A stretch of 64,000 nucleotides of DNA, taken from Gemmatales bacterium. GTDB lineage: Bacteria > Planctomycetota > Planctomycetia > Gemmatales > HRBIN36. The DNA lies in the NCBI GenBank assembly GCA_041640595.1, contig JBEPZY010000008.1, positions 40,484 to 104,483 on the forward strand, read 5' to 3'. The first letter of the stretch is position 1. Each line of letters opens with the position of its first letter. Made by a program: the position numbers and the translations under genes. Under the pieces are notes generated by a model. The model saw only the letters and a list, made by a program, of their open reading frames with translations, was not told where the DNA came from and did no database searches. Positions 30,799 to 40,710 of the stretch are shown piece by piece.

Positions 30799-32015
30799 AT
30801 CCTGACCGCGCCGCCGTTGATGCGAATGACCTGACCGGTGATAAACCCCGCCTCCGAAGAAACCAGCCAGCAGGCCACCGCTGCGACATCTTCGGGAGTC
30901 CCCCAGCGACGTAACGGCGTTTCACCAACCGCCCGCTGCTGCCAGTACTCCGACGCCTGTTCTGCCCAAGCGGTGCGAATCCAACCGGGAGCCAGACAGT
31001 TGACGCGCACCTGCGGCGCCAGGCTCAGGGCCAGGCTGCGGGTGTAGGCCATCACTGCTCCCTTGACCAGGGCAAACAACTCACCACTGTCGCCTGCCAT
31101 GCCGGTTTCCGCCTGATCCCAGCCCATGTTGAGAATTACCCCCCAACCGCGAGCCTGCATGCGTGGCCCGACCTCGCGGCAGAGTCGCACCGTGCCCAGC
31201 ACGTCGGTTCGCCAGAGCAATTCGAGTTTGGCTTCGTAGGGCAATCGTCGCGTCTCGCCGGTGAGGATGTCGGCACCGGCATTGTTGATCCAGAAATCCA
31301 CGGGGCCCACGTGCGACCAGACCTCCGCAACGAATCGTCGGCAGGCATCCGCATCGGTCAGGTCGGCGTAATAACACCACGCCTGCACGCCAGACGCGCG
31401 AGCCTTTTCTGCGACCGTCTCCGCCTGGTTGCGGGAACGGTGAGCGTGAATCACGACGTCGGCACCGCGCTCAGCCAGAGCCAGAGCGATGGCGCGACCG
31501 ATCCCGCTCGAAGCTCCCGTTACCACTCCGCGACGACCGTGTAAATCCTGCCGGGTGAGTGTAGCCAGCAGTTCGACCACCGTGCGGCCCAGAACAGGAT
31601 GCACCAGGGTCGGAGCAATCTCTGCCAGAGGTCCAAGCACAAAACGCCGCTGATGTAAACGGGGATGCGGTACGGTCAGCTCCGCCGTTCGGATCACCTC
31701 GGAGCCGTAGAACAGCAAATCCAGGTCGAGCGTGCGCGGAGCATTGGCCTCGCCCCGTTGCCGACCATGCTCGGCTTCAATTCGCAGCAATTCGCGGTGG
31801 AGCTGCTGCGGCGACAGCTCCGTCTCTACAGCGCAAACAGCATTCAGGTAGCGGGGTTGATCGGGCGGACCACCCGCGGGATCAGTTTCCCAGAATCGCG
31901 ACACCGCCACCAGCTTCACACCGGGCGTCTGCCGTAACCGTTCCAGGGCCGAGTTCAGGTTCGCCTGGCGGTCGCCCAGATTGCTTCCCAATGCGATGTA
32001 CGCTTGCACTGCCAT
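30795..32015 (-). CDS. folK: 2-amino-4-hydroxy-6-hydroxymethyldihydropteridine diphosphokinase fused to an SDR-family oxidoreductase
   Basis: N-terminal YIALGSNLG, YLNAV, PRTLDLDLL and VPHPRL; C-terminal VVTGASSGIG, INNAG, VRVNCLAPG and ITGQVIRINGG. Confidence 0.9.
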   Translation of the reverse strand: MAVQAYIALGSNLGDRQANLNSALERLRQTPGVKLVAVSRFWETDPAGGPPDQPRYLNAVCAVETELSPQQLHRELLRIEAEHGRQRGEANAPRTLDLDLLFYGSEVIRTAELTVPHPRLHQRRFVLGPLAEIAPTLVHPVLGRTVVELLATLTRQDLHGRRGVVTGASSGIGRAIALALAERGADVVIHAHRSRNQAETVAEKARASGVQAWCYYADLTDADACRRFVAEVWSHVGPVDFWINNAGADILTGETRRLPYEAKLELLWRTDVLGTVRLCREVGPRMQARGWGVILNMGWDQAETGMAGDSGELFALVKGAVMAYTRSLALSLAPQVRVNCLAPGWIRTAWAEQASEYWQQRAVGETPLRRWGTPEDVAAVACWLVSSEAGFITGQVIRINGGAVRI

Positions 32016-32338
32016 CCGTTAGCACCCTGGATGTTCGCAGTCTGTGACAAAGGCGGTTGCCTGTTGATGCGGTAAGCTTCTGTCCTGCCGCAAAAATGCT
32101 CCCGCGGACACAGGGATATTTCCGAAAAACGGGCGAATCAGAGCGGCACCAGGGCGCAGGGACCCCGTTGCGTCCGTCGCTGCGTGTGTGGTTGTTCTAT
32201 AAAATATGGCCGCCAGCCTGTGGCGGTTCGATGAACCTGGCAGGCGATGTGCTGGGGACAAATGTGAAAACGGCTGCGGGATCAGGGATGACCGGAGGTC
32301 ACGGCGAAGACACATCTGTTGCTCGATTCGGCAGCACA

Positions 32339-33157
32339 ATGCGGCCCAAGAATTCCGTTCCGCAGGTGCTGATTAGCGTCCGCGATGTTGCGGAAGCAGA
32401 AGAAGCATGGTACGGTGGGGCGCGATGGCTGGATATCAAGGAACCGCAGCGTGGCTCGCTGGGTGCCTCGGATGAGCACGTGCAAGTGGCAATTGCCCGG
32501 AAATTCGCCGGTCGGGCCTGGCTCAGCGTTGCCGCGGGAGAACTTCTGCACCCCGCCCGCGCACCGAGTATTCCCTGCTGGGCAGTGAAAGTCGGCCTGG
32601 CCGGATGTGCCCACGAGCTCAACTGGCCACAACGATTCGAACAGATGGCGGAAAGCCTCAGGCGAAGTACGTCCTTTCGCCCGTCGTTTCACCAGGTAGC
32701 CGATAGCCTGGCGCTGAATGCACGAGCCACCTCGACCGCACCCTGGCTGGTAGCGGTGGCGTATGCGGACGCGGAAAGCGCAGGTGCCCCGGAAGTGGCA
32801 ACGGTGCTGGAGACGGCAATTACTCGCGGCTGGCCTGCGGTCATGATTGATACCTGGAGCAAGAATGGCCAATGCCTTTTCGATTATCTCACTCCGGAGT
32901 TCCTCGCCGAGTGGTCTGGCCGACTGGGCCAGGCAGGGATAGCGTTCGGTCTGGCCGGTTCGCTTCGGTGCGAACATGCGGACCTGCTCCAGGCGATCGC
33001 GCCTTTTATCGTTGCGTTTCGGGGGGCCGTTTGCCGAAATCACCAGCGCGAACAATCCCTTTGTCGCGATCGGGTGCGCCAGTTGCTCTGTCGTTTCCAC
33101 GGCGGCGAAACTCCGGGTCGGCGTGAGCAGGTGCTCGATACCACCTGCCGGCAATGA
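32339..33157 (+). CDS. mfnB: (5-formylfuran-3-yl)methyl phosphate synthase (DUF556 family)
   Basis: LISVRDVAEA, DIKEPQRGSLG, VKVGLAG, LVAVAYAD, MIDTWSK, LAGSL and FRGAVC motifs; start uncertain (32288 or 32339). Confidence 0.88.
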   Translation: MRPKNSVPQVLISVRDVAEAEEAWYGGARWLDIKEPQRGSLGASDEHVQVAIARKFAGRAWLSVAAGELLHPARAPSIPCWAVKVGLAGCAHELNWPQRFEQMAESLRRSTSFRPSFHQVADSLALNARATSTAPWLVAVAYADAESAGAPEVATVLETAITRGWPAVMIDTWSKNGQCLFDYLTPEFLAEWSGRLGQAGIAFGLAGSLRCEHADLLQAIAPFIVAFRGAVCRNHQREQSLCRDRVRQLLCRFHGGETPGRREQVLDTTCRQ

Positions 33158-33193
33158 GCATCGGGCCTTCCGAAGCAAGGGCCGGAAGAGTGC

Positions 33194-34177
33194 ATGAAAA
33201 CAGTGCAGCACAGTCGTACGGACTCCGGTGTTCTACGCATCGCTGCGCCGGCAAAAGTGAATCTTTTCCTGGAAGTGCTCGGTCGGCGCGACGACGGTTT
33301 CCATGAGATTGAAACGTTGATGGTGCAGGTCGGGCTGTGCGATACTCTGAGCGTCGAGGAAACAGCCCCGGCACAGGTGCATCTGGAGGTGATCAAGGGC
33401 GGTGATTGTGAGGAGTTCGGTGTTCAGCTGCCTGACTCTGGGCGGGACAATCTGGTCTGGCGGGCCGCCGAATCTTTGCGCCAGCATACGCAATGCCCAC
33501 GCGGTGCCCGTATCGTTTTAGAAAAGCGCATCCCCATCGGTGCCGGGCTGGGAGGAGGTTCGAGCGATGCGGCTGCGACTTTGCGCTTGCTTGATTTACT
33601 CTGGCAGCTTGCCTTGCCCACCGAGGAACTGATGTCGCTGGCGGCCAGTCTGGGCAGTGACGTACCGTTCTTTCTCAACGGGCCGGTCGCCTGGTGTCGC
33701 GGTCGTGGTGAACGGGTCGAACCTTTCTCCGGTATGTTTCCGTGCTGGTTCCTGTTACTGTCGCCGGCGATGCTGGTGAGCACGGCTCGCGTGTACCAGC
33801 ATGTGCGGATTCCCGAGCAACCGCGGTCCGGTTCTGAGTTGGTCGTTCGTTTGCGGGAGAAAAACGTCGAGGCCTTGCGCTCCGCGCTCTTCAATCGCCT
33901 GGAAGAAGCGGCTCTGGAAGCCTATCCGCAATTGCGAGCAATACGGGAAACACTTGATGTCTGCGGATTAACGCACGCTCAGTTGAGCGGCAGCGGTGGC
34001 ACTTTTTTCGCAGTGTTTGCAGTTGCCGAAGAGGCACACCAGGCCGCCGAAGATTTCCAACGCCATTACGCGAGTCGCGGTGGTGTGCCGGTGCGCACAA
34101 TAGTCGTACCTTCGTTCCTCAACGCACCTACGCCGGAAGGCGAACCGCCAGAATCGGCCCAAAACGATCCGCGATAG
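33194..34177 (+). CDS. ispE: 4-(cytidine 5'-diphospho)-2-C-methyl-D-erythritol kinase
   Basis: APAKVNLFLEV, KRIPIGAGLGGGSSDAA, LGSDVPFF and LSGSG motifs. Confidence 0.97.
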   Translation: MKTVQHSRTDSGVLRIAAPAKVNLFLEVLGRRDDGFHEIETLMVQVGLCDTLSVEETAPAQVHLEVIKGGDCEEFGVQLPDSGRDNLVWRAAESLRQHTQCPRGARIVLEKRIPIGAGLGGGSSDAAATLRLLDLLWQLALPTEELMSLAASLGSDVPFFLNGPVAWCRGRGERVEPFSGMFPCWFLLLSPAMLVSTARVYQHVRIPEQPRSGSELVVRLREKNVEALRSALFNRLEEAALEAYPQLRAIRETLDVCGLTHAQLSGSGGTFFAVFAVAEEAHQAAEDFQRHYASRGGVPVRTIVVPSFLNAPTPEGEPPESAQNDPR

Positions 34178-34369
34178 ATGCATCAACTCGTCCTGATACA
34201 TCGTTTGCAGCGGCAGCCAGCGAAGTTGTACGTAAGCGCGTCGGCAACGCCACCAGCCATGGCGACTGACGACCGGCGACCAGCAGCGAAGTTGCACGTT
34301 AGTGCGTGAGCAGCCGACAACGTGGGCAACGTGGCGTTCATCCAGATGCGTCCCTGCACACAAATGGAA

Positions 34370-34912
34370 TTACACCGCGGGCGGCAAGCTGCCACTGGTT
34401 ACCAGCGCATTCCAGCGGCGATAGGCCAAATAATCCCCTTCCGGAATAGGAATGGCGTTGTCGAGCGGGCGGTTGTACACGTACATCCAGCACGGCATGG
34501 TCTGGTTGTCCGTCAGGCGAACAACGACAGGTACCCTGCGAAACAGGCTCCGCTCCGGATAACGGGCATCGTATCCTTCGTAAGCATCGAGCGAAACAAT
34601 CACGGCCGGATCAGGGGGAAGCAGATAAACATCTCCCACAATGTCGCCATCGGCCTGGGGATCGAGGATGGCGGCAGGATAAGGCCCCAGGTCGTACAAC
34701 CGACCACGAACCCGAGCAGTACCCGCATAGCGCAACCGCTCAAACACCGCGCGCAGCAGCTCGGGAAACTGCTCCTCATTCCAGATCGGATTTACCAACG
34801 ACTGTTCTGGCGGTGGCATTACGTCGCGGGCCAGGCCTGGCCGATATGCCGGCGGTAGCAGGGCCCAGCGTAAAGTCCCGTAAGCGAAAAGGTGACGGTT
34901 GGCGGTTCTCAT
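34370..34912 (-). CDS. Gamma-glutamylcyclotransferase (AIG2-like) family protein
   Basis: LFAYGTLR, GRLYDLGPYPA, LDAYEG and WMYVYN motifs. Confidence 0.88.
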   Translation of the reverse strand: MRTANRHLFAYGTLRWALLPPAYRPGLARDVMPPPEQSLVNPIWNEEQFPELLRAVFERLRYAGTARVRGRLYDLGPYPAAILDPQADGDIVGDVYLLPPDPAVIVSLDAYEGYDARYPERSLFRRVPVVVRLTDNQTMPCWMYVYNRPLDNAIPIPEGDYLAYRRWNALVTSGSLPPAV

Positions 34913-36042
34913 AGTTCGGCAGCATCCAGCTGATCGAGCAAGCGATCGAGATCGTCTTTGGGAGCCTGGGGCTGTTGAGCACGGCGTTTGGGAATGCCGA
35001 CGGTCATCCCGACTGCCTGACGACCTGCGGCCAGCAATTCCCGATCCCGTTCGGCTGCGGCAATCTGTAAGGCGTCCGCTCCGCCGAACAGTCGCGAGAG
35101 GTCTATTTTCAACCCGTCAATTTCTCCCCCTAAAGCACCGGCGATAGCAGGGGACTTGTACTCCGGGAAAATAATGGCGTGTTCCGGACAGACACGGCTA
35201 CAGGCGGGGCAGCCTTTGCGGCATTCGTCCTGATGCTGCACGTAAATCAGCCCATCCTCGGTTGTCCCGTACACGCCGAACAAACAGAAATTCAGGCATT
35301 CCAGACAATTGGTACAGCGGGAATAATCAATCACCGGATACCAGCGGCGTGCCGGTGGTCGGAGCAATTCGTCGGTACCGTTGCTGACGGTCTGGTGAGT
35401 GCCAGTCGCGGTATCGCTCGCCGTGCTTGCTTTCGTCTCCGCCTCGGTGCGGTTCGGAGCCGCAACCGTGCGTATTCCCAGTTGCAGCAATGGCGAAGCC
35501 TGGGAACGGCGAGATTCGGCGCGGCTTGCACACTCTTCGTAAATGCGATGAATTTCGGTCAAAAACGGCTCGGCCTGTTCGCTGTCGCGCAAATCCAGGC
35601 AGTAAATGTAGCGGTCCGGTGGAGGTGGACGGAGTCGGTCGGCCCGAGTGACTGCCTGACCGTTTGCGGTCGGCTCCTCAGCCGCGTTCGCGGTGTCGGA
35701 TGGGACAGCGGATTGGGTCGAATCCGACGCTGCTTCCGACTCTGCGTCGTTCGGCTGGCGTAATTGCGTTTCGCCCCAGTGCCCCCGTACACCGTCGCGA
35801 TCGAGCACCCAGAAAGTCGCCCGGGGATATAACCACGCCAGCACCACCAGATCGCCCCGCACTCGCTCCAGAAATAAGCGTGCCGGATGCTCAGCGTCGA
35901 GATCGTACAGATGCGGGATCACGACCACTTCAAACCGTGGGTCGCCAAACAACGCGGTTACGATGGCCTCTTCCAGGGCACGCTTGGCAGGATGTTTTCC
36001 CTGGGCTTGCGAGACGACCACCGTCAGGACGTAGCGACTCAT
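34909..36042 (-). CDS. 4Fe-4S dicluster ferredoxin-domain protein
   Basis: CTNCLECLNFCLFG and CRKGCPACSRVCP cluster motifs. Confidence 0.85.
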   Translation of the reverse strand: MSRYVLTVVVSQAQGKHPAKRALEEAIVTALFGDPRFEVVVIPHLYDLDAEHPARLFLERVRGDLVVLAWLYPRATFWVLDRDGVRGHWGETQLRQPNDAESEAASDSTQSAVPSDTANAAEEPTANGQAVTRADRLRPPPPDRYIYCLDLRDSEQAEPFLTEIHRIYEECASRAESRRSQASPLLQLGIRTVAAPNRTEAETKASTASDTATGTHQTVSNGTDELLRPPARRWYPVIDYSRCTNCLECLNFCLFGVYGTTEDGLIYVQHQDECRKGCPACSRVCPEHAIIFPEYKSPAIAGALGGEIDGLKIDLSRLFGGADALQIAAAERDRELLAAGRQAVGMTVGIPKRRAQQPQAPKDDLDRLLDQLDAAEL

Positions 36043-36155
36043 GAGGTAGAGCCCGTACAGTTCGGCGGATGTTATGCCGCCAGGTTGCCTGAATCAGGAA
36101 GTCGAAGCGGCTACCGGTTGTATTCGCCAGGCGGATAGTTTCGGCGAATTATTTT

Positions 36156-36446
36156 TCAGGCATCGCGGCGGACGTAAATCTTCCACAAATCGGAGTGCTC
36201 ATCTTCCAGTATGGCCAAGATGGTAAAGCCGGGTCGCAGAATTGCCGCCGGCACTTCAAATTTCGACTCGAGCCAGTCGCCGACGATTTCCAGCACTTGT
36301 CCCGGTCGGAGCGCTGCGGTGGCTTTCAAGCTCTCCAGAGCCGGGGCGGGACAAATCAGACCGCGGACGTCTAAATGCGCATCAATGCGATGCACCCGTC
36401 CTTCTTCGTCGCAAATAGTTTCCTGCGGCTCGGCAGATAGCGGCAT
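36156..36446 (-). CDS. TusA/SirA-family sulfur carrier
   Basis: LDVRGLICPAP motif and LRPGQVLEIVGD. Confidence 0.82.
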   Translation of the reverse strand: MPLSAEPQETICDEEGRVHRIDAHLDVRGLICPAPALESLKATAALRPGQVLEIVGDWLESKFEVPAAILRPGFTILAILEDEHSDLWKIYVRRDA

Positions 36447-37034
36447 AGCGGAATCACCAGGACTGTTGAGGCGGGAGGACGGTCAGAATCACGCTTGCCA
36501 TGAATCTCCGCGCAACCAGTTTCCCAGGCGCGGCTGGCTTGCGATATGGATAGAAAGCCGCACGCCAAACAGCAAGGCAGCACCCCTTGCGGTGACGGAT
36601 CCTGCCTTTTTCCACGCACGGTTCCGCCTTGCTCCGTCAACGCATCCACTTCCGCCCAAAATTGCAGTGCCCGATGGGTCGGTTGTGACGAATGGCGGGG
36701 ATAACTTTTGCTCGCAGGAGCCACCTGGGTTAACTTGCAGTGCCCGATTGGTTGCTTTTGACGAATGGCGCTTACGGCGAGTTGGTTGTTTTGTATCGGC
36801 GATAGCGGTATTGCCATTCCGTCGAGGACGCAGGCGTCCAGGACTATTTCTCGGAAATCGTTTCACCAAACCGCACAGAGGGCAGCAGGCGACAAGCGCA
36901 CGACAGCGTTGCCCAGGATGTTGCCGCAAGTCGTTTCTTGAAAGCGGACGCACACGCCGCTACGAGTTCTGCGCGATAAAATAAACGAGGAGCAGATAAC
37001 GCTACCGGGGCCGCGAACAATAGAGACCCTGACT

Positions 37035-37214
37035 ATGGAGAAATGGCTGACGCTCGGCTCGCTGATTATTTGCTGCGTGCTCCTGGCCGTCTTTGCCGTG
37101 GATATCGCTATCGGCTTTCCGTTTGGCCGAAGCATCTTCCTGGACATCTGCGCTATGCTGGCGGCCGGGATTGTGGCGTACCTCTCCTGGGACGTTTACC
37201 GCGAGATCACGTGA
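37035..37214 (+). CDS. Small two-helix membrane protein (59 aa; absent from the ORF track)
   Basis: Manual translation MEKWLTLGSLIICCVLLAVFAVDIAIGFPFGRSIFLDICAMLAAGIVAYLSWDVYREIT*; fills the gap next to cobA. Confidence 0.75.
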   Translation: MEKWLTLGSLIICCVLLAVFAVDIAIGFPFGRSIFLDICAMLAAGIVAYLSWDVYREIT

Positions 37215-37225
37215 TAGCGGGATTT

Positions 37226-38776
37226 TTAGGGTGGCGGTAACTGCGACGAACCGGAACGGGATTGTGCCAGGCGTAGGAGCGTCTGCACCAGGCCCGGCAT
37301 AGTGTACTCGCTGGCCTCGGCATTTACCGGCAAACCGAGTTCGCGTAACGTTGCCCCGGTAACCGGACTCAGGGCCACCAGTTGTGTTTTTGTGCCCAGG
37401 TGAGCACGCATGGGAGCATCGAGTAGTCTCGCCAGTGCCCGTGCCAGATTGCTGCTGGTCAACGGTATGAAATCATATTCTCCCTGCCTCAGCCGCTCGG
37501 CAATTATCGGGGGCAGGTCGGTGATTTCCCGCTGGGAATAGACGGCCACCTGTTCCACTTCAGCGCTGGCGGACAATTGCTGGGGCAAAACGTCCCGTCC
37601 GCGATCGGCTCGTAATAACAACACGCGGCATCCACGCACCAGCGGCAAAAGACTCTCGGCCAGGTTTTCCGAGCGGTATTCTTCGGGGACAACGTCGGCA
37701 CGCAGGTGAAATTCCGCCAGGGCCTGCGCGGTGCCGGGACCGATTGCGGCCAGCCGAACGCTGCCGAAGATACGCAGGTCGGCCCCCACTTCTCCCAGGG
37801 CGTGCATGGTGGACTGCACACCGTTTCGACTGGTGAAAACCACCCACTGAAACGCTCCCTGACCCAGCTGGGTCAGGGCCTGGCGAACCTTATCCGGTTG
37901 TGGCGGCGGGCCGATTTCCAGCAGCGGACAGACATCCACTACCGCGCCGAGCAGTTCCAGATGGCGAGCCAGAGTTTGCGCCTGGGTGCGGGGCCGAATC
38001 AGTAAGATGCGTCGGCCCAGGAGCGGTCGCTGTTCCCACCACGAGAGGGTTTTTCGCAATCCCACAACCGAGCCAATCAAAGTAATTGCCGGGGCAGCCA
38101 AGCCCGCTTGCCGCACCGCTTCTGCCAGCTGGCCCAGTGGCGCGGCCGCACTGCGTTGCTTGCCTGTGGTGGCCCATTGCACAGTGATCGCCGGTGTATC
38201 GGCCGGCAACCCGTGCCGGATCAGTTGCTCCGCGATGTACCCCAGGCGTTCAAATCCCATGTAAATGGCCAGCGTCCCCGGAAAGCGAGCTAAACTGGCC
38301 CAGTCGAGTTCGGGGCTATCTTCGGCCTGATGCCCGGTGATGAAAGCGACGGCACTGCTCAGACTGCGATGGGTCAGCGGTATGCCCGTGTAGGCCGCAG
38401 CTCCTTGTGCCGCACTGATACCGGGCACGATCTCGAACGGGATGCCAGCTTCTGCCAGGGCCAGGAATTCTTCCCCTCCGCGGCCGAAAATCAGAGGATC
38501 TCCTCCTTTCAGTCGCACTACGGTTTTTCCCCGACGGGCATAGTCCACCAGCATGGCACTGACTCTGGGCGCGCGCTGCTCGTGAGTTTCGCCCCATTCC
38601 CGCACGCAATGCTTTTCCGCCTGCGGTGCCCAATCGAGCAGACGTTCGCTGACCAGCTGATCGTAGATCACCACGTCGGCTTCCTGCAAACATTCCACCG
38701 CGCGCAGCGTCAACAAACCCGGATCACCGGGCCCAGCGCCGACAAGATAGACTTTTCCGATCTGCGGCGTTGCCAT
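37226..38776 (-). CDS. cobA: Uroporphyrinogen-III C-methyltransferase / uroporphyrinogen-III synthase fusion (CobA-HemD)
   Basis: VYLVGAGPGDPGLLT, RLKGGDPLIFGRGGEE and GIPLTHR; HemD part WVVFTSRNGV, AAIGPGTA, LTSS. Confidence 0.95.
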   Translation of the reverse strand: MATPQIGKVYLVGAGPGDPGLLTLRAVECLQEADVVIYDQLVSERLLDWAPQAEKHCVREWGETHEQRAPRVSAMLVDYARRGKTVVRLKGGDPLIFGRGGEEFLALAEAGIPFEIVPGISAAQGAAAYTGIPLTHRSLSSAVAFITGHQAEDSPELDWASLARFPGTLAIYMGFERLGYIAEQLIRHGLPADTPAITVQWATTGKQRSAAAPLGQLAEAVRQAGLAAPAITLIGSVVGLRKTLSWWEQRPLLGRRILLIRPRTQAQTLARHLELLGAVVDVCPLLEIGPPPQPDKVRQALTQLGQGAFQWVVFTSRNGVQSTMHALGEVGADLRIFGSVRLAAIGPGTAQALAEFHLRADVVPEEYRSENLAESLLPLVRGCRVLLLRADRGRDVLPQQLSASAEVEQVAVYSQREITDLPPIIAERLRQGEYDFIPLTSSNLARALARLLDAPMRAHLGTKTQLVALSPVTGATLRELGLPVNAEASEYTMPGLVQTLLRLAQSRSGSSQLPPP

Positions 38777-39193
38777 CGTCAAGCCTGGCCCCGTTACCGA
38801 CCGACAAAGAAATAGGCTTTCCCCGGCAGTCGTGCAGCGCTGTGCCTTGCTACGTGCCATTTTACCGTCTGGTATGAAAACTCGCCCAGCTAACGCAGCC
38901 GCGTGCTTATTCGCTTCGCGGAACGGCTGCCGACAGACCAACCTGCTTCCACCTTGCACTGGCATTCCTGCCATTTCTCGTAAGCGGGTGCTGAACGAGC
39001 GTCACTACGCCGACCAGGCTGGAACTGGGCCTTTGCTTGGACAGCTCAGCACGAAACTATCATCTTCGCCTTGCTGTCATTGTGCCGGACGCGTAGTATA
39101 CCTTTGATAGTACCCGCCTGATGTGCTGACCTTTCCGGTCTATCCCGCCAACGGGCAGATGCCCGTCATCCTGCCAGAAGAAGGGGGGCGAAG

Positions 39194-40618
39194 ATGTCCT
39201 GCCGCAGCGTAGTTTCACCTGGCTGCCCGGAGTACGGTGTTCTGGATTCCTGGAGCCGCCGGGAATTTCTTCGCGTCGGTGCCTTGAGTGCCTTTGGGCT
39301 TTCCCTGCCTCAGCTTTTCCGTGCTGAGGCGCAGGCTTCGGCATACGGCGAGACGGTGCGGCCCCGGGCGAAGGCGTGTATCCTGGTCTTTTTGTCCGGC
39401 GGGCCGAGTCATTACGAAACCTTCGACCCGAAACCGGAAGCGCCAACGGAGTACCGCACGATTTTCGGCGTGGCGCAAACACCGATTCCGGGCGTTTATT
39501 TGTGTGAACATCTGTCGCGGTTGGCACGGTTGGCCAATCGCTTTGCCCTGGTGCGGAGCATGTCGCACAAATTCACAGGACACTTCGGCGGCCATCGTTA
39601 CGTGCTGACGGGGCATTTCGCTCCCGGTAACCCCGACCAGCCGGCTCGTCCCGATGACAAACCGGGACTGGCTTCGTTGGCGGCCAGGTTCCTGGCGCGG
39701 CGCAATGTCGCCATGCCCCCCACGTTCATGCTGCCGTGGGTCGCCACCGATCAGGGAAGCGGAGCCAGTGGCGGGATGCTGGCTGGTACGCTCGGCAAAC
39801 AATACGATCCGGTGGTCATCGAAGCCGACATGAACTCGCTGAAAAATCCCAACCAGCCACCGGTATTCCGTGTGCCGGAATTCGCCTTGCAGCCGGATGT
39901 TACCCCGCAACGACTCACCGAGCGCCGGAGTTTACTGCAAATCGTGGATCAGGCCCGGCAGGAACTCGCTCAGCAAGCTGCGCTGGCCGATATGGATACC
40001 TTTTACCGCAAGGCGTTTGAACTGCTCACCTCCAACCAGATTCGTGAAGCCTTCGATCTGGACAAAGAACCGGCTAAGCTGCGCGAAGAATACGGCCTGA
40101 ATGCGTTTGGACAGTCGTGTCTGCTGGCCCGCCGGCTCATCGAAAGGCAGGCTCGGTTCGTGCAGATCAATTTCTCCCGCAACGTGACCCAGGATCGCTA
40201 TGGCTGGGATACGCACAACAAAGGCCGCGAGACCCTCAAAGACCATCTCCTGCCCAAACTCGATGCCGGACTCAGCACTTTGCTGACCGATCTGGAATCG
40301 CGCGGGCTGTTGCAGGAGACCCTGGTGGTGGCGATGGGCGAGTTTGGCCGCACACCTCGCGTCAAGCCGGACGGTGGTCGCGATCACTGGCCGCAATGCT
40401 ACTCCATTTTGCTCGCCGGCGGCGGTATCCACGGCGGGCTGGTCTATGGCAGTTCCGACAAGCATGGTGCCTACCCGGCCAGCGATCCCGTCGAACCACG
40501 ACAAATCATCCTGACGGTGCTGACGCTCCTGGGCATTCCCACGGCGATGCCCGATCCGCAGGGCCGCGTGGTGCCGCTCTTCGATGGCTATCACCCGGTG
40601 GAACGGCTTTATTCGTGA
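39194..40618 (+). CDS. DUF1501 domain protein (Tat-exported)
   Basis: SRREFL Tat motif; GGPSHYETFDPKP, FGQSCLLARRL, WDTH, GEFGRTP and GRDHWP motifs. Confidence 0.93.
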   Translation: MSCRSVVSPGCPEYGVLDSWSRREFLRVGALSAFGLSLPQLFRAEAQASAYGETVRPRAKACILVFLSGGPSHYETFDPKPEAPTEYRTIFGVAQTPIPGVYLCEHLSRLARLANRFALVRSMSHKFTGHFGGHRYVLTGHFAPGNPDQPARPDDKPGLASLAARFLARRNVAMPPTFMLPWVATDQGSGASGGMLAGTLGKQYDPVVIEADMNSLKNPNQPPVFRVPEFALQPDVTPQRLTERRSLLQIVDQARQELAQQAALADMDTFYRKAFELLTSNQIREAFDLDKEPAKLREEYGLNAFGQSCLLARRLIERQARFVQINFSRNVTQDRYGWDTHNKGRETLKDHLLPKLDAGLSTLLTDLESRGLLQETLVVAMGEFGRTPRVKPDGGRDHWPQCYSILLAGGGIHGGLVYGSSDKHGAYPASDPVEPRQIILTVLTLLGIPTAMPDPQGRVVPLFDGYHPVERLYS

Positions 40619-40710
40619 GGGCTGGCCTGGAACCGAACGGCACGTCGAGTCTGGACAACACGCATCGCTAATTGGAATTTGAACAAGACGCATCGCCATG
40701 CGGAGCACAA

